DNA from: Thermoplasmata archaeon
GTDB lineage: Archaea > Thermoplasmatota > Thermoplasmata > Thermoplasmatales > GCA-001856825
Direction of reading: 5' to 3'
DNA length: 64,000 nucleotides
Assembly: GCA_021797915.1 (NCBI GenBank)
Contig: JAJZYT010000004.1
Span: forward strand, 14,224 to 78,223
Numbering within the stretch: the first letter of the stretch is position 1; the number at the start of each line of letters is the position of its first letter. This document shows positions 20,005 to 30,452 of the stretch, piece after piece. A model generated the notes under the pieces. It saw nothing but the letters and a program-made list of their open reading frames with translations. It was not told where the DNA came from and did not search any database. The position numbers were made by a program, and so were the translations under genes.

Positions 20005-21049
20005 TAGTCATATTGAGGTATGAATTCAGGGGGATGTAGGATGATATCGATGGGTTCACTTCGTAAACGGAAGGGAGGGAGACATTTGAATTGGCTGGGT
20101 ATGTCCACTCATTGAGAGGTATGAGACTCTGCACATTGGCTCCAAGAAGCCAGTTTACAAATTTCTTGTCTATGATCTTGTGAGTTGAGGAATTGAGGAT
20201 CGCTGCACCCAAAACTTCCATCCATGCATAGCTTCTGCCGTTGTAATGGAAGGCGGTAGTCCCAATAGCCGAATAGTTGAAGTAAGCGTTATATGCCGGA
20301 TCCGTTGCATAAGAGTATACCATCTGTCTTTGGCCGTTTTCAAAGAGACTGAAGGCAGAATCCCAGCCGTTACTCACCTCTATTCCTTTCGAATTGTTCC
20401 AGAAAGTGGTCCAGTTTTGATGAAGAACTCCACTATAAAAGGCGATTTGCCCGAGCAGAAATTCCTCTCCATTGATGCTACTAGATGGGTTCTCTACTAT
20501 GTACTGCTTTGCAATAGTAGAGTTTGAAAGATCTGCATACGAAAGGTTTTGCAGAATGCTCGAGCTCAGGGGTCCAGAAAGGTTATAATCTGTTGTCAGA
20601 GGAGAATATTCATACGGTACTACGTAGCCTGAAGACTGTATGAATTCGGATAATGATTTGTTGATATAAGTCTCGTTGCTCACATTGAAGTGGTACAGGA
20701 GTCCGCTGTTGGAGGCCAGATAAGAATCAATGTTGTTCAGCCCTATGACAATATCGTATCCCTTTCCCTTTGTTTGATTGATTTGATCGTACAGGTCACC
20801 AGATGCAGTTACAATCTTGATTTTGACGTGATACCACGCCTCAAAATTCCCGATAAGGTAATCCATCGTTTGGTTAACGTTAGCTCCACTCTGGAAAAAA
20901 GATCCGTAAGTCAGTATCGTAATCGTTGGCTCGCTTGATGGTGTGATGTCGGGATATACAATATAAACCAAAGCTGCTGCAACAACTACTATTCCCACAA
21001 CTACGTACACGCTGTAATTAGTTTTTTTCTTTATTACTTCATTACTCAT
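19949..21049 (-). CDS. thiB: thiamine ABC transporter substrate-binding protein
   Basis: N-terminal anchor; TYGSF, ENPSSS, GWDSAF..F, SYATDPAY, IPLNEWTYP resemble TbpA/ThiB motifs; preceded by a TPP riboswitch. Confidence 0.85.
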   Translation of the reverse strand: MSNEVIKKKTNYSVYVVVGIVVVAAALVYIVYPDITPSSEPTITILTYGSFFQSGANVNQTMDYLIGNFEAWYHVKIKIVTASGDLYDQINQTKGKGYDIVIGLNNIDSYLASNSGLLYHFNVSNETYINKSLSEFIQSSGYVVPYEYSPLTTDYNLSGPLSSSILQNLSYADLSNSTIAKQYIVENPSSSINGEEFLLGQIAFYSGVLHQNWTTFWNNSKGIEVSNGWDSAFSLFENGQRQMVYSYATDPAYNAYFNYSAIGTTAFHYNGRSYAWMEVLGAAILNSSTHKIIDKKFVNWLLGANVQSLIPLNEWTYPANSNVSLPSVYEVNPSISSYIPLNSYLNMTSASDNIGAWTLEWNSIEG

Positions 21050-21139
21050 TTCATTCCCTCCGCCAGTATTATCTGGGTCAGGTTCGTTGGGTCGATCTAC
21101 TCGATCCTCTCAGCCCACGTCTGTGAGCTCCCCTGTGAT
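21050..21139 (-). promoter_or_regulatory. TPP riboswitch (THI element)
   Basis: Minus strand: atcacaGGGGagctcac-agac-gtgggCTGAGAggatcgagtagatcgACCCaacGAACCTGAcccagATAATActggCGgAGGGAatgaa then ATG; P2, P3, P3a, P4 and P5 all pair. Confidence 0.92.
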
Positions 21140-21155
21140 TCACTATCGAAACGAG

Positions 21156-21163
21156 ATATAAAA
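21156..21163 (-). promoter_or_regulatory. TATA box of the riboswitch-thiBPQ transcript
   Basis: TTTTATAT on the minus strand about 20-25 nt before the aptamer 5' end. Confidence 0.55.
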
Positions 21164-21603
21164 CTATTCTTGCCGACAATGAGTCAATAGTACCCCCAAA
21201 AACTGCAAATGTTAGAAACTATTACTGAAACAATTTATCTAATTCCTTGTTGGGGAGCAAAGGCCTTAGGCCATTTAAAATAACTGCAATTTTTGTAGTA
21301 GTCGAAGCAGTCTTTTTGTACGATTCTTATTATTTGTTTTATGTCTCAACAAAAAAACAGCAATAATACAATCACTTATCAATATCAAGCCAGTTTCTCA
21401 GTGGTTGGAGTTGGCGTTTTTCAATTCCCAAACAAGCTCTAATTTTATCGTCGAGTAACTACCAATTATGTATTAGGTTGTCCCGCCAGTTCTGTTGCGC
21501 ACTCATTTTCGCCACAAAATCTCGAAGTCTATAATCTGTCCAGAATAATGCTGTGTCCAGCTATATTTGGATAACATTTTATTATCACATACGTTAGGGG
21601 TAT

Positions 21604-23061
21604 ATGTTTATATCAAAACTCGAAGAAGCCAAGATGGGTTATACTTACGATGATGTTCTTCTAATTCCAGGCCCTAGCAGGGTGGAACCCGCTGGAGTGA
21701 GCGTTGAATCCTCTCTAACGAGAAACATAAAACTGAACATCCCGATAGTATCTTCTCCCATGGACACGGTCTCCGAGGCAGATATGGCGATTGCACTTGC
21801 ACGGTTAGGTGGTATAGGAATAATCCACAGAAACAACAAGAGAGAAGTTCAAGCGGAAATGATCAAGAAAGTGAAGAGGGAGGAGTCCCTAATCATAAGG
21901 GATCTCTACACCATAGACCCAGAGACATCAGTGCAGGAGGCCATCAAATTGATGAGGGAAAAGAAAATTGCTGGTCTTCCCGTTATTGTGGACAAGAAAC
22001 TGGTAGGAATCTTGACAAACAGGGACATCAGGTTCCTCAAAGGAGGCGTCCAGAAAGTTCGAGAAGTAATGACTAAGGAAGTTGTAACCGGCAACGGAAA
22101 TCTTACCGTGGAACAGGCGCTGAGCATAATGAATCAGAAGAAGATAGAGAAACTCCCACTGGTAGACGATACTGGCAATCTTGTCGGCCTGATCACTGCA
22201 AAAGATATAATGAAACGGGAACAAGATCCTCTTGCAGCCAGAGATGAAGAAGGCAAGCTCCTGGTTGGAGCTGCCGTTGGAGCGTTTGATCTGGAGAGGG
22301 CCAAAATTCTGCAGGACGCAGGGGCGGATGTGATTGTCGTAGACAGCGCTCACGGACACAACCTCAATCTAATAGATTCAGTCAAGAAGATGAGGAAGGA
22401 AATAGAGATAGATATTATCGCCGGAAATATAGCCACATCGCAAGCCGCAGAAGACTTGATCTCGGCTGGAGTCGACGGAATACGAACCGGAGTTGGGCCA
22501 GGCTCAATCTGTACAACTAGGATAGTTGCTGGAATAGGGGTTCCCCAGTTAACCGCAGTGGCTCAAGCATCTGAGGTTGCAGAAAGGTACGGCATCCCAG
22601 TAATTGCTGACGGTGGAATCAGGTACTCCGGTGATATTGTGAAGGCTATTGCAGCGGGCGCAAGCTCAGTTATGCTGGGCTCACTGTTGGCGGGGACTGA
22701 TGAAGCTCCAGGAACGGAGGTTAACATTTCAGGAAGGAGATATAAAACCTACAGGGGAATGGGATCTCTTGGAGCAGTAATGAGTGGAGAGAGCGATAGA
22801 TATGGTAAGTTGGGCTCGGGGAAGTTTGTGCCAGAGGGAGTTGAAGGTGCAGTACCATATAAGGGAAAAGTCGCAGAAGAGATATTCCAGTTAATAGGTG
22901 GACTTAAATCAGGGATGGGCTACACCGGATCGTCGACAATTTCAAAACTGAGGGAGAACGGGAAGTTCGTCGTAATCACACAGGCAGGAATGAGTGAGAG
23001 TCATCCCCATAACGTAATGCTCCTGAGCGAACCACCCAATTACACGAACAGGTCATTCTAG
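21604..23061 (+). CDS. guaB: IMP dehydrogenase with CBS domains
   Basis: [37 protein letters not shown]. Confidence 0.97.
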   Translation: MFISKLEEAKMGYTYDDVLLIPGPSRVEPAGVSVESSLTRNIKLNIPIVSSPMDTVSEADMAIALARLGGIGIIHRNNKREVQAEMIKKVKREESLIIRDLYTIDPETSVQEAIKLMREKKIAGLPVIVDKKLVGILTNRDIRFLKGGVQKVREVMTKEVVTGNGNLTVEQALSIMNQKKIEKLPLVDDTGNLVGLITAKDIMKREQDPLAARDEEGKLLVGAAVGAFDLERAKILQDAGADVIVVDSAHGHNLNLIDSVKKMRKEIEIDIIAGNIATSQAAEDLISAGVDGIRTGVGPGSICTTRIVAGIGVPQLTAVAQASEVAERYGIPVIADGGIRYSGDIVKAIAAGASSVMLGSLLAGTDEAPGTEVNISGRRYKTYRGMGSLGAVMSGESDRYGKLGSGKFVPEGVEGAVPYKGKVAEEIFQLIGGLKSGMGYTGSSTISKLRENGKFVVITQAGMSESHPHNVMLLSEPPNYTNRSF

Positions 23062-23214
23062 TAATTCTTACCAATTCACCCATTATTGTACCGGAAATCT
23101 GTCAAGGAAAACCTGACAAGGGTAACGTGTAATGGAAAGATTATCACGAAGTTTCGGTGAAAAGGGCCGTGAGGCAAGTAATATATCACTTGGTTTGCTT
23201 AAGTTTTCTAGAAG

Positions 23215-25260
23215 GTGAGGAAATTGAAGAGCCCCTCTAGAGAGATCTCAGTAATTGTTCTAGTCGTCTTGATTACCTCTTCAACAGTTGCAGTTGCTAC
23301 TGACATCTCAACACCCAACAACAACTCTCCCCATCTGCACTCACCCAAAGTAACCATTCCAAAACTCGAATCAAATCATAAAAGCTCCCAAGTCAATCCT
23401 TACCTCAGCTATATTAACGAGCCTGCTCCAATGGGTATTGCTGATTATGGGTTAGGATTGAACCGAGTCCCTTACAATTACTCTTCGGAATCGTTCCTCG
23501 GGGTGATAGATATAAACTCCTTAAAAACATACAACTCTTCACTTTCCGTTCTCGGTAACGTGACTTTCCAACTCAATCTAAACATGGTATTTTCCTACGA
23601 AGGAAAGAGTTACGTTTATTGGGTTCAAGATGTCTTATACCTCAACACTTCGAATAATGAGGCATCTTTCCTAGATAATATCTGGAACCTTTCAAGCTCA
23701 AATGCAAATATGTTCAACTCCACCGTCCTTGGAAACGGTACCGTGTCAAGTGTTGGAAACTCCAATTTTTACTTCGATTTTGCATCAAACTCTTCCAGCG
23801 GCAATAATATTTCTCTGAAGTACCCTGCCACGATCTACCTAAAAATGAACGCGACCGTAAGTTCGCTCGGAATTCCTGAAGTCGTGTTTCTTTACAATGA
23901 CGGTTACGGATGGAATGCATATGATAAAGTGATTTTTCACTTTGTGACAAAGTCAGGTGCAGCCCCTTATTTTTACGTTGATGGAGCAGCTTACAACCCA
24001 TTTGGCACATACTATGATGCAGAACTGGTTATGGGAGGACCCGGAAATGGTAGCCGGACCTCTGACGTCAACTCATCCCTATACCTGATGCTGGAATACT
24101 ATAATGGGAACAATTATCAGGCCATACAGAATGCTTATAACTTTGGAAGTGACACCCAAGAGAGCGTCTACAACTTTAACAGCTCCGGAGTGTACAATAC
24201 TACTAACGGTCAACTTGCATCAAATATGTCATCCGGGCTCAGCTCTCTAGGATTGATTTACTCTTCAGACGAGCTTTCTTCACTCATGATAGTATCATCC
24301 ATAAAAGATGGAGCTCTATTTGTTAATGACACCAACTTAACCGAGTTCTCAGATTACGTTGTTAATGTGACGTTGTTTCCTGGAACTTATTCAGTAAAGT
24401 TGTACGATTATACCACCGGAGTCTACACATATCTTGGAAGCGTCACGCTAAGTGCGGGAAAACAATCCAAAATTTTAAAAGATGTCTATAGAGTTGAATT
24501 CTTGGAAAATGGTCTACCTTCGTCCAGCCAATGGGACCTGAACATCACTGGCATAGCTTCCGTGATAGTAAGGAACCTTGATTATTACAACCTTTACCTG
24601 CCAAATGGGACATATAATTATTCAATCTATTCCTCAGACAAGAACTACCTGAATCGTAATGAATCTGGATCTATGATTGTCAACGGCAGCTCTCTCACGA
24701 TCAAGATCTCCTTTAGTCCTATTCTTTTCAGGATGTCTTTTGTTGAGTCAGGTTTACCGAAAGGTTCAAGCTGGTCAGTAAACCTCACTGGGGCATACCA
24801 GAAGAATTCAACAAATGATACCGTCATTTTTGATGTCACAAATGGCACTTATGATTTCACGATTGCCAATTCTAGCGGCTATGCTTCTTATCCCTCACAG
24901 GGTTCAGTGGATGTTAATGGTAAATCAACTTTGAATTACGTTACCTTCTCTATCATTAATGGATCGATTGTGGGTAGCATTGTCCCGACTGACGCTTCAA
25001 TCTATGTAAATGGAGTAACATATAAACCAATTAATGGTCAATACAATATCTCGCTCATACCAGGAAATTATTCCGTAGAAATATCTGCCCAGGGTTACAA
25101 ATCTTATACCACCAATGTGACGGTAACTTCCAATAATGCGACGCACATTCCGGTCACAAGCCTCTCTAGGAATTCAAGTCTCTCATATCCGATTTACCTT
25201 ATTGTTTTGATTATATTATTTGCTGCAGTGGGAATTAGCATAATTAGATCCAGAAGGTAG
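23215..25260 (+). CDS. thermopsin-family acid protease (A5) with C-terminal repeats/PEGA-like domain and membrane anchor
   Basis: PAPMGIADYG, QLN, YWVQDV, DNIWN, DAELVMGGPGNG, GSDTQE; F.E.GLP..S.W repeats; C-terminal TM. Confidence 0.9.
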   Translation: MRKLKSPSREISVIVLVVLITSSTVAVATDISTPNNNSPHLHSPKVTIPKLESNHKSSQVNPYLSYINEPAPMGIADYGLGLNRVPYNYSSESFLGVIDINSLKTYNSSLSVLGNVTFQLNLNMVFSYEGKSYVYWVQDVLYLNTSNNEASFLDNIWNLSSSNANMFNSTVLGNGTVSSVGNSNFYFDFASNSSSGNNISLKYPATIYLKMNATVSSLGIPEVVFLYNDGYGWNAYDKVIFHFVTKSGAAPYFYVDGAAYNPFGTYYDAELVMGGPGNGSRTSDVNSSLYLMLEYYNGNNYQAIQNAYNFGSDTQESVYNFNSSGVYNTTNGQLASNMSSGLSSLGLIYSSDELSSLMIVSSIKDGALFVNDTNLTEFSDYVVNVTLFPGTYSVKLYDYTTGVYTYLGSVTLSAGKQSKILKDVYRVEFLENGLPSSSQWDLNITGIASVIVRNLDYYNLYLPNGTYNYSIYSSDKNYLNRNESGSMIVNGSSLTIKISFSPILFRMSFVESGLPKGSSWSVNLTGAYQKNSTNDTVIFDVTNGTYDFTIANSSGYASYPSQGSVDVNGKSTLNYVTFSIINGSIVGSIVPTDASIYVNGVTYKPINGQYNISLIPGNYSVEISAQGYKSYTTNVTVTSNNATHIPVTSLSRNSSLSYPIYLIVLIILFAAVGISIIRSRR

Positions 25261-25347
25261 GCACGAAATTGAAACAAGCACGATGGTTGCGAGTATTTTC
25301 TCTTTGAGCGATCTCAAGACGGGCTCAGTTTATTTCAGTTTTTAGAA

Positions 25348-26562
25348 GTCAACTACCAACGGCTGAAGCACGTTGGCTTGCAACTGGGTGGATCGAATGA
25401 TCAAAAATAGCACCCGCTACAATAGGCTGGTTGATGGCAGCCCTGTTCCTGATGTTGAGGGATGCAATGAAATCTGCCTCTCCCTCAAGACCACATGAAA
25501 CGCATCTAAATTGGGATCGTTCAGGCCTGTTCTTCTTGCTTATGGCGTGGCAATTGGGGCATTCCCTGCTGGTGTTGCGTGGATCCACAACGATGACGGG
25601 GATGCCCACCCCTTTTGCCTTGTATTCGATGAACGACCTGAGCTGATAAAAAGACCACGAGTTGTGGATGTACCTGTTGCCTTTCCTAACGGTTGTCCTC
25701 ATCCTTATGCCTTCGAGGTTCTCGATGGCAATTGCGGAGGAGGTGCCTTTGGCTTTCTGCACGATCTCCTTAGATATTATATGGTTGGTATTCCTGACAA
25801 ACCTGTTCTCCTTCCCGGAGAGCTTTTGCAGATGGCGTCTGGCGGATTTAGTCCCAACAGACTGCAGTCTGGAACGGAGATCAGTATGGTGCTCTCTCAC
25901 ATATCTGATATGATCACCAGAGTAGTACTTGCCCGTGGAATCCACCGCAATATTGACGATGCCCATGTCAATGCCTATGATGTTTTCCGGATTGATGGAA
26001 GGCCCTTCAGGAAACTCAACGGCAACCATGAGGTAGAACAATTTGTTTTTCCTGACGAGATCACACTGACCCCTGATCCTTTCAAAAGGTATTTCACCAT
26101 ATTTTCCAATGGTTATTGGCACTCTTATCCTTCCACTGGTAGTACTGATGCTCACCTGATCCATGCCCTTGAAACTCAGGATCCTCTGATCATATACGAT
26201 AGAACCCAAATCCATGAACTCGTGGAAAGAGGTCTTATCAACCTTATAGGTTTCAACAACCTTCGCTATGACCCTGATGGCAAGCTGTGCCGCCAGTCCG
26301 AATTTTTCCCTTATCTCCCTGTACACGATTTCTGGAGGAAAACCTTGTTGTACAGCTTCTTTTCAAACGCTATCCTGGAGACAAAATTGCAGGCACCGTT
26401 GAATTTGATGAAAGTGTCGATCAACGCTTCCCGCTGTTTATCGTCTGGAAGCAGCTTTATCTGGAGAGTCTTAAGCACAATATTGATACAGCAATTCAAT
26501 ATAAAATGGTGTCGCAATTCCTCCCACATCTGAAGAGGTGGGCTTCCTTGCGACTGGATCAC
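25348..26562 (-). mobile_element. second IS200/IS605-family (IS1341-type) element
   Basis: Minus strand: TCAC|gtgatccagtcgcaagGAAGcccacctcttcagatgtggg at the left end, CAAGccaacgtgcttcagccgttggtagtTGAC| at the right end. Confidence 0.85.
25349..26478 (-). pseudogene. tnpB: tnpB split by a 1-nt frameshift near 26330
   Basis: N-part VLKTLQIKLLP..ACN and C-part YREIREKF..GIDMG/IENL/CPNC..CVSC/ADFIASLNI lie in different frames; CAGAAATCGTG would be restored by one extra A. Confidence 0.85.
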
Positions 26563-26634
26563 GTGAAAAGTACTCTCAACTCTGATCAAAGGAAGAGATT
26601 AAGGTAAGTAAGGGGAGATCATGTACGTTTCTGG

Positions 26635-27224
26635 GGACGAAGTAGTTCAGTATCTTCTCAATGTGGACCTTCATCATCCTTGCAACGTCCTTCATTGCAT
26701 CTACTGATGAATGGATGACCCTTCTTCCTTGACCTGCCGCTCTTCACTGCACGGTCAAGGATGTTCCATTCCTGCTTCCAGGGCAGCCTCATGAACTCAG
26801 TGAAATTGAATGTATCAATGTTCTGGAGCATCTTTATGGACCTCGTTTCAAACCCCATGGAGAACCCTCTCGTCTTCTCTGTCCACGGACGGAGTGCCTA
26901 TATCACGCCATGTTCAGGACAGTATATCCTCGGAGGGGATGCGTGGATGAACGTCATAAAATCCACGCTGTCAAGGTCCCTTCACACCCTCTCCTTGAGG
27001 TGATCGTATACCGTGCACTCCTTCCCGCACACTGGGCAGGTAAGCTTTGATCCCTTTCATGAATTACGTATACCTCCACTGTCTTCTTCATTGAGTCAAC
27101 ATCAACCCTCTCTGCCTTCCACGGAGTTTCCAGTTCAAGTAACGTTGAATACAGCTGGCAATCATCAATGAAATAATATGGCTAAATGTTAGATAAAATT
27201 ACCCACACGAAAGTGGGAAGAACC
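26635..27224 (-). mobile_element. ISL3-family relic (decayed transposase, left inverted repeat retained)
   Basis: Terminus GGTTCTTCCCACTTTCGTGTGGGT at 27224; remnants LETPW, CPVCG..YDH, (W/stop)RDLD, CPEHGV, then MKDVARMMKVHIEKILNYF; internal stops and a frameshift. Confidence 0.8.
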
Positions 27225-27416
27225 AAATCTTATCGGGCTGATTCAACCATATCTATTTGTGTGAGCAAAAAAAGTTAATGTTTTTAAAAGTAGCAATGGA
27301 AGGAACGCAAGCAACATTGTGTGCCTGATAAGTGGCCTGAATACTGAATTTGAAAAGTCCAGTAAAAACTACTGGAAAACGATAAGTAAGATTGTGTTAT
27401 CTTTGAACGCGTTAAA

Positions 27417-29228
27417 ATGACTGCGGGAGGAAAGCTCAAGAACGTAGACTTTAAGAATTTTATAAATTCAAGCTATCTTGGTAAATGGGTTATAGTTGGC
27501 CTCCTGATTGGGATTGTTGCAGGCATTGGTGCCACCGTCTTTTATTATCTCATTCAATTCTCAACTGATAATTTCCTTGGAAGGATAACAGGTTTTTACC
27601 CTCCTAATCCGACGGGAGAGCTCGCTTCACCCATCTCGATTTCCCCGCATTATTTCCTAATCCCTTTATCCCTAGCATTAGGCGGACTGATTGTTGGCCT
27701 AATCATCTTTTACTTTGCCCCTGAGGCAGAAGGCCATGGCACGGATGCCGCGATAGATGCCTTCCATAACAGAAATGGTGTCATTAGGAAGAGAGTTCCA
27801 ATAGTGAAGATGATAGCCTCTGCCATCACGATCGGATCGGGAGGGAGCGGAGGCCGGGAGGGACCAACGGCTCAGATCTCTGCTGGATTCGGCTCTTACG
27901 TTGCAACTGCTTTTGGAATGTCAAATAGGGATAGGAGGATAGCGGTTGCAGCTGGAATTGGCGCCGGAATTGGTGCAATATTCAGGTCTCCGTTTGCGGG
28001 AGCCATACTGAGTGCAGAGATACTATATAGTGGAGGGGATATGGAAGTAGAAGCGCTTACTCCTGCGTTCATAGCATCACCAGTTGGCTACGTAATATTT
28101 GCTTCCATGACCAACTTCTCTCCTATGTTCAGTTTATCCTCTCCGTATACATTCGATCATCCTTTGAACCTCATACTTTACGCTGTTCTTGGAATAATAT
28201 GCGGCTTGGTAGGAAAATTCTACTCGTCATTCTTCTACTGGGTCAAGGGATTTTTCACTAAATTGAAGGTGAAGAAGTTCCTAAAGCCCATGATTGGAGG
28301 TGCAATGGCAGGAGTTATAGCCATGTTCTTTCCCCAGACTGTCGGAATGAGTTATGGATATCTCCAATACCTGATGGACGGTAATTTAAAGTCAGCTGAA
28401 CCAGTCTACTTCGTTGTACCCATCCTGGCGGCACTTATCATAGTTGCGTTTGCAAAGATAGTAGCCACATCCTTCACAATTTCTTCTGGTGGGAGTGCTG
28501 GTGTATTCGCTCCATCTCTTGTGATTGGTGGATTCGTCGGGGCGGCAACGTGGACTGGAGTTCATATTATCAATCCCACTATAGTTCTCTCACCTGCGCC
28601 ATTCGTACTGGTTGGTATGATGGCGTTATTCGCAGGTGTTGGGAGAACTCCGATTGCAGTAGTACTTATGGTAAGCGAGATGACCGGTAGTCTTGAGGTG
28701 ATGATACCCTCAATGGTTGCCGTGGTAATATCGTATTATGTGGTGGGGTATAAATATTCAATTTACAGAAGTCAGGTAAGAAACAGATCAGAATCCCAGG
28801 CACACAGGGGAGAGTATAACATACCTGTTCTGTCGTACCTTACCGCGAGGGACGCAATGGCGACAGACATTCCAACCATGGACCCTTCAACACCGGTTTC
28901 AAATGCACTGCGACTAATGGAAGACAAAGGAGTAACAGGGATACCAGTAACTGAGAATTCAAAGCTTGTTGGTATAGTGACAAAATCCGATCTGATTCAA
29001 GTGAAATTGATACATCAGGACATGGAGTCGGTCTCACATGTAATGACAAGGAATGTAGTATCTGCTCATGAAGATGACACTCTCTTGGAGATCATGAAAA
29101 AGCTTTCCGTGAACAATATTTCTCATATCCCCATCGTAACCAAGGATGATAACAAGGTAATCGGTTTGGTTACCTGGAATGCCATCTTCAAGTCACATCA
29201 AGAGTTCAGCTCAAAATTGACATCTTAA
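27417..29228 (+). CDS. ClC-family chloride channel / Cl-/H+ antiporter with CBS pair
   Basis: GHGTD, GGSGGREGP (gating Glu), GSAGVFAPS, two CBS domains. Confidence 0.92.
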   Translation: MTAGGKLKNVDFKNFINSSYLGKWVIVGLLIGIVAGIGATVFYYLIQFSTDNFLGRITGFYPPNPTGELASPISISPHYFLIPLSLALGGLIVGLIIFYFAPEAEGHGTDAAIDAFHNRNGVIRKRVPIVKMIASAITIGSGGSGGREGPTAQISAGFGSYVATAFGMSNRDRRIAVAAGIGAGIGAIFRSPFAGAILSAEILYSGGDMEVEALTPAFIASPVGYVIFASMTNFSPMFSLSSPYTFDHPLNLILYAVLGIICGLVGKFYSSFFYWVKGFFTKLKVKKFLKPMIGGAMAGVIAMFFPQTVGMSYGYLQYLMDGNLKSAEPVYFVVPILAALIIVAFAKIVATSFTISSGGSAGVFAPSLVIGGFVGAATWTGVHIINPTIVLSPAPFVLVGMMALFAGVGRTPIAVVLMVSEMTGSLEVMIPSMVAVVISYYVVGYKYSIYRSQVRNRSESQAHRGEYNIPVLSYLTARDAMATDIPTMDPSTPVSNALRLMEDKGVTGIPVTENSKLVGIVTKSDLIQVKLIHQDMESVSHVMTRNVVSAHEDDTLLEIMKKLSVNNISHIPIVTKDDNKVIGLVTWNAIFKSHQEFSSKLTS

Positions 29229-29273
29229 TTCAAAGAGACTAGAGACAAAATTATGAGGGCTTGTCCATAACAA

Positions 29274-29507
29274 ACTTATCCTACGCCGAAGAAATCTGGA
29301 AAAGAATTATGGATAGGAGTGATAGTTGTTGAAATGGTGGTTGAGGTCGTGATAGGGATCATCGCAGTGTCTTACAATCCATCTCAGAGCGATACCACAA
29401 CACCGCAGCCTGTGATAGCAACGGTCACTGCCGTTGACCTCAGCATCCAATACACGGGTATCATTAGTGAGTACCTTGGGACAACATCCAGTTCCTTAAC
29501 TACTTGA
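29274..29507 (+). pseudogene. probable fragment of a membrane-anchored secreted protein
   Basis: TYPTPKKSGKELWIGVIVV..GIIAV..TTTPQPVIATVTAVDLSIQYTG ends abruptly; no clear start. Confidence 0.35.
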
Positions 29508-29644
29508 TTTTCCTCTTTGTATCATTGCTTATTTTGGATTTCCTGTGCCTGTCCAACTCAAATTCGTAGTACAGTTTCGTCCCTATTTTAAGCTCCTCTT
29601 TCATGACAAGTTATCGCATACGCGGATTCAAACCATCTGGTGAA

Positions 29645-29746
29645 TCCCGGCTGCCGGATTTGAACCAGCGACCTGTGGATGGCGGCGGTTGCGCCACAGC
29701 GCTGTCCCTCTACAGTCCACCGCTCTACCAACTGAGCTAAGCCGGG
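29645..29746 (-). tRNA. tRNA-Tyr(GTA) with a 29-nt intron at 37/38
   Basis: CCCGGCT/AGCCGGG acceptor stem (C1-G72), GTGGA-CTGTAG|intron|A-TCCAC, GCTGG-TTCAAAT-CCGGC; 73 nt after splicing; no encoded CCA. Confidence 0.95.
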
Positions 29747-29944
29747 TATAGGGTTATCCCTGCAGACAAAAATATTTTTCCATTGGTGGTTAGGCCAAAA
29801 AATTTCAGGCTGACTTCGTAGAAATAAGGTAAACTTAATGAATCTTAAATTTGTAAAGGTTATACATTAGTGCGCTCCGAGAGCACGAAATCATTAGGAA
29901 AATATTAATTAAGGCGAAATATATTTATTTGCAGGTGAACACCG

Positions 29945-30322
29945 ATGCCAATGACATTCAGAAAAAAGACCGTTATCAGAACGGACAGACCTCCTAAAGA
30001 GCCACGAAAGTTCATAGATCTCAATGAATATCAATACACAGATGAGCCCGGAGCTGGAACGTCTGTTAAGGTAGGAGAATTAGTAAAATTTGAAGAAGTT
30101 CCTCAGTTTTCAGAGATAGTGTTGAACGGGGATTTACTGATACTGGATTACGCTGCCATTCAATCCGATGAACTTCAGATGAGGCGAATAGTGAGCGAAC
30201 TGAAGAGAACTGCTGGAGACAATGGAGGAGACGTAGTGGCTCTTGGGAATAGGTACCTCATTGTCACTCCGAGAGGAATGAAAATCGATAGAAATAAGGT
30301 AAGAGCACCTTCTTCTCTGTAG
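29945..30322 (+). CDS. sepF: archaeal cell division protein SepF
   Basis: FIDL, GDLLILD, ELKR..GGDVVALG..YLIVTPRGMKIDR. Confidence 0.85.
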   Translation: MPMTFRKKTVIRTDRPPKEPRKFIDLNEYQYTDEPGAGTSVKVGELVKFEEVPQFSEIVLNGDLLILDYAAIQSDELQMRRIVSELKRTAGDNGGDVVALGNRYLIVTPRGMKIDRNKVRAPSSL

Positions 30323-30452
30323 TTTTTCAATCTTTTACTTAATTTTTTTCAGCTCCCCAACTTAGCTATATTGCTGGTTGACTCGGCTTATAGCCATTTT
30401 TTTTAAAAAAATATGAAGTAAACATTAATAACGATATGAAAATTCGGGGGAG

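Noticed and set aside
21180-21600. Long AT-rich gap between the riboswitch promoter and guaB
   Set aside because: No repeats, convincing ORF or recognisable RNA structure found by eye
25511-26533. 340-aa plus-strand ORF antisense to the second tnpB
   Set aside because: In codon register with tnpB over most of its length, no recognisable motifs; best explained as a shadow ORF
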